From positions 1,952,001 through 2,016,000 of the forward strand of contig CAWDVE010000010.1 of NCBI GenBank assembly GCA_963805625.1: DNA of 64,000 nucleotides, given 5' to 3'. This document shows positions 47,512 through 57,650 of the stretch, in pieces. Within the stretch, counting starts at the first letter, position 1; every line of letters begins with the position of its first letter. The position numbers were made by a program, and so were the translations under genes. The notes below the pieces were generated by a model that was given only the letters and a program-made list of their open reading frames with translations, did not search any database and was not told the DNA's origin. This DNA is from an uncultured Candidatus Rokubacteria bacterium. Lineage in GTDB: Bacteria; Methylomirabilota; Methylomirabilia; Rokubacteriales; DASRDR01.

Positions 47512-47766
47512 ATGACCACACGGCTGTTCAGAGTGATCGACACGGTGAGGGCGGTTCGACAAGAAACACGGGTGTGGGTCCATCACCTCACGGGCGAGGG
47601 CCCAACCACGGTCCGACGGCAGCGGGCGGCCGTCGGGCAGGCGCTTCTCGCTGCCCCGCTGGCTCCTTTGGCTCGTCGCGCATCGGCATACGAGAGGTTC
47701 GGCCGCCCCGAGGCGCCAACCGTGGGTGCCACCCCCGGGCGGCGAGCCGCCTTCACCACCCGCTGA
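47512..47766 (+). CDS. Small hypothetical protein
   Basis: AGGAGG RBS, 2 bp after the upstream stop. Confidence 0.45.
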   Translation: MTTRLFRVIDTVRAVRQETRVWVHHLTGEGPTTVRRQRAAVGQALLAAPLAPLARRASAYERFGRPEAPTVGATPGRRAAFTTR

Positions 47767-47904
47767 CCGGTCCGGCGCAGAGGGGGCGAGCTTTTCGGGG
47801 ACTCCCGGCCCGCGATCGCCGGCGCTCCCGGCTCCCGGGATCCCGACCTCGACGCACTTCGGCGTGAGGGCATCACTTGAAGGTTCGCTGAAAGGAGACT
47901 CGCC

Positions 47905-49023
47905 ATGGGGCGCACGTACAACATCATCGACGCCGATGGACACGTGCTCGAGCCCGTGGACATGTTTGACAAGTACATCGATCCGGCATACCGCGATCGC
48001 GCGCCGCGGATGATCGTGGACACCGATGGCAAGGAACGCCTCCTGATCGAGGGTCGGGTGCTGGGCAGCCCAAAGGGCCTCGGTCTGCTCGGGGGGATCG
48101 GCGCTCGGCAGGGCGCGATAGACGACGTCACCATGAAGTATGTCGAGGGCCGGAAGGGCGGCTTCGACCCGCATGCCCGGATCCCCGACATGGACCTCGA
48201 CGGTATCGACGCGGCATTCCTCTATCCGAGCATCGGTCTCTTCACCGGCGCGATCCAGGATCCTCAGCTCGCAGCGGCCACGTGCCGCGCCTACAACCGC
48301 TGGCTGGCCGAGTACTGCCGCCCCTATCCCGACCGCCTCTTCGGCGTGGCCATGCTACCCATGCAGTCGATCGACGCCGCAATCGAGGAGATGCGTTACG
48401 CGCGAAAGGAGCTCGGCATGCGCGCAGGGTTTCTCCGACCCAACCCGTACAACGGTCGCATGCTGCACCACCCGGACTACGCGCCGTTCTGGACGGAGGT
48501 GCAGGAGCTCGACTTCGCCATCGGCCTGCACGAGGGCGCCGGCGGCGGCATGCCGCAAGTCGGTGTCGACCGGTTCACGACGCGGGGGGCGCGGCACATC
48601 ATCTCGCACACGATGGAGATGATGCTGGCCGCCCTGAGCGTGATCTGGGGCGGCGTATGCGATCGCCATCCCGGCGTGCGCATCGCGTTCCTCGAGTCGG
48701 GGGGTGGGTGGATCGCGCCCTGGCTTGACCGGATGGACCGGCACTTCGACGACAAGGGGTTCAACGACTCCGGCCTCACCATGCGCCCGAGTGAGCTCTT
48801 TCGGCGGAACTGTTGGATCTCCTTCGAGCCCGTGGAGGGGAGCCTCTCCGCGCTCGCCGAGTACATCGGCCCGCACAAGATCCTCTGGGCCACCGACTAC
48901 CCTCATCCCGACGGCTTCTTCCCTGGCGCGCCCAAGTTGATCGCCGACCGGCCGGAGCTCTCGGCCCAGACCAAACGCGAGATTCTGGGCGGCGGCGCCA
49001 AGCGGTTCTACCGGCTCAACTAG
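47905..49023 (+). CDS. Amidohydrolase family protein (Amidohydro_2)
   Basis: IIDADGH, DMDLDGID, AYNRWLAE, FLESGGGW, WATDYPH. Confidence 0.92.
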   Translation: MGRTYNIIDADGHVLEPVDMFDKYIDPAYRDRAPRMIVDTDGKERLLIEGRVLGSPKGLGLLGGIGARQGAIDDVTMKYVEGRKGGFDPHARIPDMDLDGIDAAFLYPSIGLFTGAIQDPQLAAATCRAYNRWLAEYCRPYPDRLFGVAMLPMQSIDAAIEEMRYARKELGMRAGFLRPNPYNGRMLHHPDYAPFWTEVQELDFAIGLHEGAGGGMPQVGVDRFTTRGARHIISHTMEMMLAALSVIWGGVCDRHPGVRIAFLESGGGWIAPWLDRMDRHFDDKGFNDSGLTMRPSELFRRNCWISFEPVEGSLSALAEYIGPHKILWATDYPHPDGFFPGAPKLIADRPELSAQTKREILGGGAKRFYRLN

Positions 49024-49189
49024 CGTCAGGCGGTATCCGCTCCGTCCTCGCCTGAATGGCGAGCCTGTTCGGGGCCATCGTGTCACCGACGGGGGTGGCG
49101 CGGTGCGCGCTGGAACCCGAGTGGTTTCCCGCGGTCGAACCGCGGCGGAAGGGGTGTTCGTCCAGCTTCGCACGGCGGCCATGAAGAGC

Positions 49190-49575
49190 GCCGCCGTGAT
49201 CCGGGCGAAACGGTGGGGCGGGCCGGGTCGAGGGCGCCTCGAGAACCTGGTCCCGGGCCCCGGACAACCGGGTACTTCTCGCCGCTAGGATCGAGTCGAA
49301 ATGGCGGGCCAGGGTGTCGGGTCAACCCAGGGTAGGAGGGCCGGCCAAGTGGCCGGTTGTCCGTGCTACCCTGGCCGCACTCCGGCAAGGGAGGCGCCTG
49401 GCATGGAGTGTCCCCGGTGCCAGCACGAGAACGCCCCGACGATGAAGTTCTGCAAGGAGTGCGGCCCCCCCCACGGCCAATCCGAGCGGCCAGCCAGCGC
49501 TGTCATACGCGGAGATCACGAGCGCTCTGAGTGAGGCGCTGGACCAACAGAGCGCCACGGCCGAGATCCTGAGGC
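49190..49575 (+). pseudogene. Decayed copy of the 8540-8930 junction: hypothetical C-terminus, IR unit (49261-49363), leader, zinc-ribbon/GAF gene start
   Basis: AVIRAKR...TSRR* resembles GVIRARR...TSGG*. 32-bp identical leader. MECPRCQHEN..KFCKECG followed by out-of-frame LSEALDQQSATAEIL. Confidence 0.7.
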
Positions 49576-49579
49576 TCTC

Positions 49580-50071
49580 CCGCTCGAGGAGGCGTCGTTC
49601 GACGCCACAATTGCGAGCATGGTCATCCACTTTTGTTGCAGCCCCGAGCGGGCCCTGCAGGAGCTCAAGCGGGTCTTGGTCCCCGCCGGACGCATCGCGG
49701 TCTCGGCACCGGCACGCCCGGATCTCGACCTGGCGATCGCATTCCAGGTCGCCGCCGAGCTGTGTCCAGACGAGGCGGATGACATCCGGCGCATGTGGTT
49801 GTTCGCCCCTGCCGGCAAGTTGGTGGGCGTTCTCGAGGCCGCGGGGTTCCGGGAGGTTGCGGAAGAGTCGGTCGACCTGACGATCGGGCCGATGTCGTTC
49901 GAGGAGGCCTGGGCGCTGCAGAAATGCTCGGCTCCGCTGCGCACGGCGGTGGAGCGCGTCGGCGAGGAGCGCTTTCTCGGCGCCTACCGCCCGCGCATTC
50001 GCCACTGCGTGGCATCTGGCGATATCGTCACCCTGTCTTTTGCGTGTCGCATCGCGTCGGCGCGGCGTTGA
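49580..50071 (+). pseudogene. SAM methyltransferase C-terminal fragment
   Basis: EASFDATIASMVIHF...RALQELKRVLVPAGRIAV. Motif I absent. Confidence 0.6.
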
Positions 50072-50228
50072 TTCCGAAGTGTCATCAGCCGTCGTTCAGC
50101 GTTCGCCGGTGATCCACGAGAAAGTCGGCGCCGCAACCGCCCACCGGGCCCCACGGGGCGGGGCCGGCGTCGGGGGAGGTCAGACCTGCCGGCGGACGCA
50201 TGCCTGCCGCCCGGACATCCGGATCACA

Positions 50229-50317
50229 CGTCCGGTTCGTGAGTACGGGGACCCATTCGTGGTCCCGTACGAACCGGACGGACAGGTTCTTTCCTATAGG
50301 GTGTCCGCTTGTCCGCT
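50229..50317. repeat. Long hairpin followed by CGGACA/TGTCCG repeats around CCTATAGG
   Basis: CGTCCGGTTCGT (50229-50240) pairs with ACGAACCGGACG (50269-50280), plus inner stem GTACGGG(G)ACC/GGTCCCGTAC. Confidence 0.55.
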
Positions 50318-50429
50318 TCGAACGGTAGCGCGGCGCGTCAACTCTCGACCGGAGGTTCTGTCCATCCGGCGCCGCAACGCGCGCCGATCCGAGCCTCTCG
50401 CTCTACGCCGCGCTCGCCTCGTCGGCTAG

Positions 50430-50453
50430 CGGGATTCGAACCCCGTGTTTCAG
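50430..50453. repeat. Third, partial copy of the tRNA-Glu att sequence
   Basis: CGGGATTCGAACCCCGTGTTTCAG vs CGGGATTCGAACCCGTGTTTCAG at 23271-23293 (one extra C). Confidence 0.65.
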
Positions 50454-50900
50454 TCACGATCGCCTCTTGGCCCATCGATTCGCGCGGTTAGAACACACGT
50501 GGCCCGCCAGAAAGGACGGGAATCGAACCTCACGAGTTCGATCCCCCGACGGGATTTGGCCATTCGGGGCCACCTTCGTGGTGGAGGGCCGCGCCGCGGC
50601 GTAAGGTCGCGGTTAGCCTGAGCGGCATCCCACCCGCCGACCGGCGTCGCCGTCTCCGTCTGTTCGCACGCTCGGCCCTCGCCGCCACCGCCTGGCCGCT
50701 CTTGTCGACCTGATAGTCGCACGCTATGGTACCTGCGGCGCCCGAGGGGGCCTCCACCTGCGGCAGGCCGGTGACGAGGGGCACGGACGCGGACCGAGAA
50801 ACCTACCTGGCACTTCAGGTTCTTTCGTTGGTGGCAGGCTTGGCCTGGCACGGTCGTCCGATGCGCTTTTTGTGGACCCGCGTCGGTCCAGGAGGAGACG

Positions 50901-51854
50901 ATGACCAAGTCGCCGGGCGTGTTTGTGGCAGCCGCGATCGCACTGGCCGCATCGAGCCTCGCATTCGCCGAAGCAAAGACCCTCTTCCCCGAGATTGCCG
51001 ACACTTCGCACGCCTCACCGCAGGCGCGCCAGTTCTTCCACTCGTTCTTCACCGCCAAGAGCCGCCACAACCCGACGGAGACGATGAAACATTTCTCGCC
51101 GAAGCAGATCACTTACATCGATGCGACGCTCGGCTGGCCGTTCTACGATTTCAAGTCGCTGAGCGGCGTGTTCGAGCAGTTCATGCCGAAATGGCCCGAG
51201 AGCGGGAAATCCTACCCGACGCGCATCCTCGGCGACACCAAGAGCGCGCTTGTCGCGTTCACCGACACACCGGAATTGTTCGGCGGCGAGATCCGCATCC
51301 TTGCCGCGATCGATTTCAGGGACGGCAAAGTCATCCGCTGGATCGACTATTGGGACGGTCGGCACTTCGGCGCCGCTACGGCTGCGAAGATCCGCACGCC
51401 CGAGGACAAGTTCCCGAAGGAGTTCAGCGAGAAGGCCGTGGGCGAACACGCCTCCGCTAAGATGCGCACCGTGGCCGAGAAGCTCGCCAAGGCGCTCGCC
51501 GGCGGCGATGCCGACGCGGCTTCTGCCCTCTTCACCTACGATGCGGTCTATGAGGATATGACGCTGCGCGCGCAAGTCCTCGGGCGCATGGCGATCAAGG
51601 ACTACCTCGCCCGCGCTGTGGCGAAGCTCCCCTATGGCCAGAGCGCCGAGCTCGTCCACGTCGTCGGCAGCGACCAGGGCGGCGGTTACGAGTGGCGGGC
51701 CACGCCCGCCTATGCCGCCAACGTCAAGCGCGGCGTCACCGCGCTCGAGCTCGACCGTGACGGCCAGATCTCGCGCTTCATCACGGTCTGGGACGGCTCC
51801 GTGGTGAGCGATGCCGACATCTTGGGGCTCGCAGCGCTGTCGATCGAGAAGTAG
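50901..51854 (+). CDS. Secreted tandem SnoaL/NTF2-like domain protein
   Basis: AGGAG RBS, signal peptide ending AFA, YIDATLGW..RWIDYWD, LFTYDAVYED. Confidence 0.75.
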   Translation: MTKSPGVFVAAAIALAASSLAFAEAKTLFPEIADTSHASPQARQFFHSFFTAKSRHNPTETMKHFSPKQITYIDATLGWPFYDFKSLSGVFEQFMPKWPESGKSYPTRILGDTKSALVAFTDTPELFGGEIRILAAIDFRDGKVIRWIDYWDGRHFGAATAAKIRTPEDKFPKEFSEKAVGEHASAKMRTVAEKLAKALAGGDADAASALFTYDAVYEDMTLRAQVLGRMAIKDYLARAVAKLPYGQSAELVHVVGSDQGGGYEWRATPAYAANVKRGVTALELDRDGQISRFITVWDGSVVSDADILGLAALSIEK

Positions 51855-51898
51855 CGCGCATTCAAGGGGACTGCGGGGCACAGCGCCGACGTCCATGG

Positions 51899-52771
51899 CT
51901 ACGCCCATCGCGGGACGAACGTGTCGCCCTTGGCATCGACGTGGCAGACGAACGGCGCACCGAAGTGCGTCGGCATGAGCAAGGCTCCCGATCCGGCACA
52001 TTTCTCGAGGACGAGGCGCCGGCTCCCGCGGGCGTTGACCTGATCCTGGCACCCGAGGCTGTTCCACTCCGGGTGGAAGATCTGGATCGCCTGGTGGAGG
52101 ATGTCACCGCAGAACACCGCGCGTGCTCCGTGCGACGCGAGCGTGATGAACATCGTACCAGGTGTGTGACCGGGTGCCGGCTCGAGCGTCAGATGCTGGT
52201 CGACGGTGTGCAGGCCCGACACGAGATCGGCGAGTCCGGCCTCGGCGATCGGCGCCACGCTGTCCTTGTACGCGGCCGCGCCGGCCGGCGACTTCTGGGG
52301 ATCGATCGTCTTGAAGTGCTCAAAGTCCGCGCGGCTGAACAGGTAACGCGCGTTCGGAAACGTCGGCACCCATCGCCCGTTGGTCAGGCGCGTGTTCCAG
52401 CCGACGTGATCGCTGTGGAGATGCGTGCACATCACGAGGTTCACGTCCTCCGGCTTGGGGCCGGCCTGCGCGAGCCGATCGAGGTACGGCGTCTTCAACC
52501 GGTGCCACAGAGGAAAGAACGGACGGTCCTTGTCGTTGCCGACGCACGTATCGATGAGGATGTTGCGGCCGCCGACTTGCACGAACCAGCTGTGCACGCT
52601 GAGCTTGAGCTTGCCGCTGGCCGGATCGTAGTGGTTCGGCAGCATCCAGTCGCGATGACGCTCCACGACGTCCGGCTGCCAGTCGGGAAAGAACCACTTC
52701 GCGTCGAAGTTCGGCTCGTACGTCTCTTCGATCCGGGTGATCTTCGCGGCGCCAATCGTGAACGTGCTCAC
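51899..52771 (-). CDS. MBL-fold metallo-hydrolase
   Basis: THLHSDHVGWN, PGHTPG, GDILH, THF. GAGGAGG RBS before GTG 52771. Confidence 0.9.
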   Translation of the reverse strand: MSTFTIGAAKITRIEETYEPNFDAKWFFPDWQPDVVERHRDWMLPNHYDPASGKLKLSVHSWFVQVGGRNILIDTCVGNDKDRPFFPLWHRLKTPYLDRLAQAGPKPEDVNLVMCTHLHSDHVGWNTRLTNGRWVPTFPNARYLFSRADFEHFKTIDPQKSPAGAAAYKDSVAPIAEAGLADLVSGLHTVDQHLTLEPAPGHTPGTMFITLASHGARAVFCGDILHQAIQIFHPEWNSLGCQDQVNARGSRRLVLEKCAGSGALLMPTHFGAPFVCHVDAKGDTFVPRWA

Positions 52772-53089
52772 GGCATCCTCCTCAGCGAGAATTTTGCGTC
52801 GATCCGAGCGGCCACGGCGTTCACCTACGTCGGCGGCCCTCTCGCCACGTCCACCGGCACACTGTCCACGGGGAACGTTCAGGGCTACGTCGACATCGAG
52901 CGCACGGCAACGAAGCTTCCGTCTTTGCGCTACTACCGCCACTTCTACGTGAAAATGGTCGACGGCCGCGTATTCCATGCCGGGCCGATTAAGGATCTCG
53001 AGTACGAGCGTCACCGCGAGCAGAGGCCGGGATGGTTCGTTTCCTACTTTACGAGATCGACGTCCACGAGTTGATGTCCAACCTCACGC

Positions 53090-54305
53090 TAAGGACCCGG
53101 TGCGAAATAAATGGACCAGATGCTATCGCTTTGCCGACTGGGTGGGAAGGATCGTGTAGTTCCAGTCCCCGTGAAACGGATCGGGCCGCAGGCGGACGGC
53201 CTCCAGGGTGGCGCGACTGACCTTGAGGCCCGAGGGATACCGGGTCGTGTCCAGCCGCGCCCGCACGCGGAGGCCCGTGGTGGTCGTGGTGGCCGCGATC
53301 AGATTCACAATGACCGCGTGACTGAGCAGGGGCTGGCCGCGCCAGTTCTGAGTGATGAAGGAGAACAGGCGGTGTTCGATCTTGTTCCACTTGCTCGTGC
53401 CGGGCGGGAAATGACACACCGTGATGGGCAGGTGGAGGCGGTCCGCCAGTTTCTGCAGCTCGACCTTCCACAACCGCCGGCGGGCGCCGTTGCTCCCGCC
53501 GGCGTCGGCCGTGATCAGCAGCCGCCGGGCGTGAGGATAGGCCCGGCGCCCCATGGCCTGCCACCAGTGGCGAATGCTCGCGACGGCAAACGCCGCCGTG
53601 TCGTGGTCGATGCCGACACTGACCCAGCCGGTGTTGGCGCCCAGATCGTAGACCCCGTAGGGAATGGCGCGCCCCAGCTCCGGCTGCACGAAGTCGTGGA
53701 CCCGCACCGGCCAGCCCGTGGGCCCGCCATTCGCGACCGGCATTCTTGAACGGCCCCACGAGCTCCTTCTTCTTGGTATCGACAGAGATCGCCGGCTGGC
53801 CCTGGCGCAGCGTGGCCTGGACGCGGGCGGCGATGTGCTCGAACTGGGCATTGCGATCGGGGTGCCGGGTGCCCTCGATCGTCTTCCGATTGGCCTGCAG
53901 GCTGTACCCCAACTGCTGGAGCAACGCGGCGACCATCCGATGGCTCGTGCGATGCCCTTGGCGGGTCAGCTCGGCGGCCAGGCGCCGGACGCTCTTGCAG
54001 GTCCACCGCAGCGGGGACTGCGGATCCCCGCGCGTCGTGGGTTCGATCAGCGTTTCCAAGTCCGTCACCAACGTCGGATCCTGGTCGACCGTGCGCTTGC
54101 GCCCGCCTCCGGGACGCCGGATCCGCCCCGGGGCCAGGGCCGCTGCGCCACGGGCCTTCAGCTCCGTGACCCCAGCGCGAATGGCGCGCCGGGACACTCC
54201 GGTGGCCCGGGCCACCGCCGACACGCTGTCCGCGGCCGCGACTTCCGCCGCGGCCACCAGCCGGCGCAGCCGCTCGTCCAGGTGCGGCTCGATCAGCCGG
54301 AGCAT
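53090..54305 (-). mobile_element. ISAzo13-family IS, transposase frameshifted near 53720 and 5'-degraded
   Basis: LDERLRRL, RIRRPGGGRK, PLRWTCKS, ISVDTKKKELVG; second frame VHDF..AIPYGVYD, TADAGGSN, PPGTSKWNKIEHRLFS, FHGDWNYTI. Terminus-like TAAGGACCCGGTGCGAAATAA at 53090-53110. Confidence 0.85.
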
Positions 54306-54401
54306 TCACTCGACGCCGGTCAGCCCGTGGGGTCTCCACTGATCGCTTGCGTCGGCAAGGTGCGGCCGCACGAGTGAGCGACCTGGCTAATCGGCCGAAC
54401 C

Positions 54402-54790
54402 ATGAAGAGGAAGCAGAAGCGACGCCCCTCGGCGAGGAGCCGCGCGCTCAGCGCCGCCACGCACGCGGTCGCGTAGCCGCGGCCCCGGTGCTCCGGCGGC
54501 GTGTAGACCCCGTTGACCCGGATCCCGTTCGGCGTGGGCCCTGTGGCCGACGCCATCGACACGGGGCCGCCGTGATCCCACACGAAGAGCCAGCCGGCCC
54601 CGAAGTTGTGGCGGGCGACCTTCATGCCCGTCTGGCCCGCCAGGCCTCCGCCAGCCTCCGTCCATAACGCCTCGAACCACGTGGCCAACTGTTCGAGTTC
54701 GGCCTCCTGGGCCTGGCGGAACTGGCCTGGGGTGCTCGGCACGGCTATCACGCGGGTCAGTTCATGGATTCGGAGCGTCTTGGTCAGCCG
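54402..54790 (-). pseudogene. GNAT acetyltransferase fragment
   Basis: PVSMA..TGPTPNGIRVNGVYTPPEHRGRGYATACVAALS..FCFLF. Both ends broken. Confidence 0.75.
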
Positions 54791-54863
54791 ACTGTATCCG
54801 GCACGGGGCCCGTAGGCGGCATCGTCGGCATATGAGCGGATCCGAAGCCCTCTCGGCCGAGGG

Positions 54864-54897
54864 GAATCTACCACGAATCCACAACTGAATCCGCAAC
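54864..54897 (+). repeat. Three imperfect direct repeats GAATCYRCMAC
   Basis: GAATCTACCAC (54864), GAATCCACAAC (54875), GAATCCGCAAC (54887). Confidence 0.45.
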
Positions 54898-55046
54898 ACC
54901 GACGTCCGACGCGTTGGACCACACGTTTCCACAGCGAGCCGGCCGGAGCTGTTCTTCCCATCAATTCGCCCGGTTCTACGGGGGCTCGGGCACGGCCTTT
55001 CGCCTGGCCTAGCCCTTGCCTCCTCACGCCACGCTAGGACGAGTGG

Positions 55047-56420
55047 ATGAGTTTCGAGGACGACCAGCGCTCAACGCTCTCGGTGGCCGTGGGGAGCCCC
55101 CGCGCCCGGCTGGATCCGCGCTGGCCGCGGCTCGCTCCGGAGGCGTTCCATGGCCTCGCCGGGCGTCTCGTCGAGACAATCGATCCTTACACCGAAGCCG
55201 ACCCCGTCGCGACGCTCGCCCATATCCTGGCCGCTGTCGGGAACCTCATCGGCCCCGGCCCGCACGCGCGGGTCCAGCACGACCGGCATCCGTGCCGGCT
55301 CAACGTCGCGTTCGTGGGTCGCACCGGCAAGGGCCGGAAAGGCACCGCGTGGAGCACGCCGCGCCACCTGCTCGCGCAGGTCGACCCGGTATGGGCTGCG
55401 CGCCGGGTGACGACGGGCCTCTCGAGCGGCGAGGGCCTCGTTTACCACGTCCGCGACGCTCGGCAGGAGTCGTTGCCGGTCCGAGAGCGCGGCCGGGTGG
55501 TCGGGCACGAAGCGGTCGAGGTGGACGCCGGCGAGCCGGACAAGCGCCTCCTGGTGATCGAGCCCGAGCTCGCCGTCGTGCTGCGGGTCATCGCCCGCGA
55601 GGCGAACATCCTCTCGGGCCTGATTCGCCAGGCGTGGGACGCCGGCGACCTCGGGACCCTCACGAAACACAGCCCCCTCCGGGCCACCGGCGCCCACGTG
55701 AGCCTCATCGGCCACATCACCGAGGAGGAGGTGCGGCGCTACCTCACCGAAACCGAGCGGGCCAACGGCTTCGCCAACCGGTTCCTCTGGCTCCTCGTCC
55801 GGCGATCCAAGGCCCTCCCCGACGGCGCGCCGGTCCCTGATGCGGTCCTGGCCCCGATTCTCGACGCGCTCCGCCAGGTCGTGGCGTTCTCGGAGACCGT
55901 GGGCGAGCTCGGCCGCGACGGGGAAGCGCGCGCGCTGTGGCGCGAGGTCTACCCGACGCTCAGCGAGGGCGAGCCCGGGATGGTCGGGGCCATCCTCAAC
56001 CGGGCCGAGGCCCAGGTCCTCCGGCTCTCGACGCTCTACGCCGTTCTGGATCGCTCCGCCGAGATCGGCGTCGCCCACCTCCGCGCCGCGCTCGCGGTCT
56101 GGGACTACGCCGAGAGCAGCGCGCGCCGGATCTTCGGCCGGCGCCTCGGCGTGCCCCTCGCGGACGTCCTCCTCGAGGCGCTCCGAGCGCGGGGGCCGCT
56201 CACCGCGACCGCCATCTCCGGGCTCTTCGGCCGCCACCGGTCCGCGGAAGAGCTCCACCAGGCGCTTGACCTTCTCTGCGACCTCAGACTGGTGGTGCGA
56301 CGAACCGATCAGACCGGGGGTCGACCGGTCACCCTGTGGGTGGCTGTGCTGAATGCGAAACAAGCGAAACAAGCGGATAAAGGTGCACGCCACGCCGCTT
56401 GTTTCGCTTCCTTCGCTTGA
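55047..56420 (+). CDS. DUF3987/YfjI-like replication-associated P-loop protein
   Basis: PYTEADP, VGRTGKGRKG, GLSSGEGL, DKRLLVIEPE, IRQAWD, HVSLIGHIT, NGFANRFL. Confidence 0.75.
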   Translation: MSFEDDQRSTLSVAVGSPRARLDPRWPRLAPEAFHGLAGRLVETIDPYTEADPVATLAHILAAVGNLIGPGPHARVQHDRHPCRLNVAFVGRTGKGRKGTAWSTPRHLLAQVDPVWAARRVTTGLSSGEGLVYHVRDARQESLPVRERGRVVGHEAVEVDAGEPDKRLLVIEPELAVVLRVIAREANILSGLIRQAWDAGDLGTLTKHSPLRATGAHVSLIGHITEEEVRRYLTETERANGFANRFLWLLVRRSKALPDGAPVPDAVLAPILDALRQVVAFSETVGELGRDGEARALWREVYPTLSEGEPGMVGAILNRAEAQVLRLSTLYAVLDRSAEIGVAHLRAALAVWDYAESSARRIFGRRLGVPLADVLLEALRARGPLTATAISGLFGRHRSAEELHQALDLLCDLRLVVRRTDQTGGRPVTLWVAVLNAKQAKQADKGARHAACFASFA

Positions 56421-56425
56421 TTCGC
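56355..56425. repeat. Iteron-like 9-bp repeats (GCGAAACAA), three forward then three inverted
   Basis: GCGAAACAAGCG (56364-56375) is the exact reverse complement of CGCTTGTTTCGC (56396-56407). Confidence 0.7.
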
Positions 56426-56645
56426 TGGGCTCAGCGGACGCGCTGATATGAAATCGGACGACGACCTGTCGGCGTCGCCGTCTCTCTCGCTTCCATCGCG
56501 CCCGCGTGCCCCGCTCCCCTGGCGCGCGGCCCAGCCTGGCATGGTCGGCGAGCGCGGCGGCACCGCCCTTGACGGGTGGGTGGTGCCTCCCCATACTGCC
56601 GCCGGGCAAAGAGGTGATCGTGGCTCGGGTAGGAGGACCGAGACC

Positions 56646-57464
56646 ATGACACAACCGCTCGTCGAACTCGTCGAGCAGTTCTGCATCTATCAACGCAAGC
56701 AGCGCGGCCGATCGGACGGAGGGGTGAGGACCTACCGGTGGATCCTGGAGCAGTTCCTCCGGTTCGTGCGGACGCGCCAGGGCCGCGTGGCCCGAGCCTC
56801 GGACCTGACCGGCGCCATGATCCAGGGCTGGATGGACCATATGGCGGCGGCAGACCTGGGGCTCAACACCCTGCGCTGTCGGCTCGCGACCCTGTCGAGT
56901 CTCTGCACCTGGCTCGTCAAGCGCGGCAACCTCAGCGCGAACCCCGTCGCTCGGATCGATCGCCCACCCCGCCAGCACGAGACTCCGGCGGTCGCGGGGC
57001 CCGCCATCATGGACGCGCTGATCGACGCGGCCAGGCACCGGGGCCGGCCGCGGGATCTCGCGATCTTCCTGTTGCTCCGGTTCACGGGGATGCGCCGCGG
57101 CTCGGTGGCGGGCCTCCGCGTGAGACACCTCGACGACACCTGGGGTCTTCGCGACGTCCGGCAGAAGGGCGGAAAGAAGCAAGACATCCCGTTGCCGGCC
57201 GCGGTGGTGCGGTTCCTGCGTGTCTACGTGGACCGCGCGCTCTCGCCCGAGTGCGAAGCGCTCACGCCAGACACGCCACTCTTCTGGTCCACCTGGGGCA
57301 AGCGCACCGTCGGAAGGACGCGCGCGCCCATGACGCCGAAGAACATCTGGCGCCTCTGCAAGACGTACGGAAAGCTGATCGGCTACCCGGAGCTCAAGCC
57401 TCACGACCTGCGCCACGGCGTCGCGGTCGAGGTGCTCGAGCAGCGACACGACCCAATCCTGTGA
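56646..57464 (+). pseudogene. Tyrosine recombinase/integrase truncated before the catalytic Tyr
   Basis: SAM-like N-domain, RDLAIFLLLRFTGMRR, KGGK, PHDLRH. Ends EQRHDPIL* with no LGH...TxxY box. Confidence 0.85.
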
Positions 57465-57650
57465 GGACCCGTCACGGTACGGCGTGTGTTCTGTGCACAG
57501 GCCATGCCCCGCGTCTGCGCAACCACGGCGACCGATCAGTCCCGCCAGCCCGTGGACCCCGTGCTCTCCCGGGCCGTGAAGGCCCACCTGAAGACCTTTC
57601 TCGTTCACACGGCCTGGGATGCCGAGCACGGCGACGCCGGGATGAGTTGC
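57455..57650 (+). pseudogene. Possible IS91-like element end and transposase N-terminal remnant
   Basis: RQPVDPVLSRAVKAHLKTFL resembles the RRPExTxLYxxVxxHLETFL start of IS91-like transposases, and begins where the integrase breaks. Confidence 0.4.
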
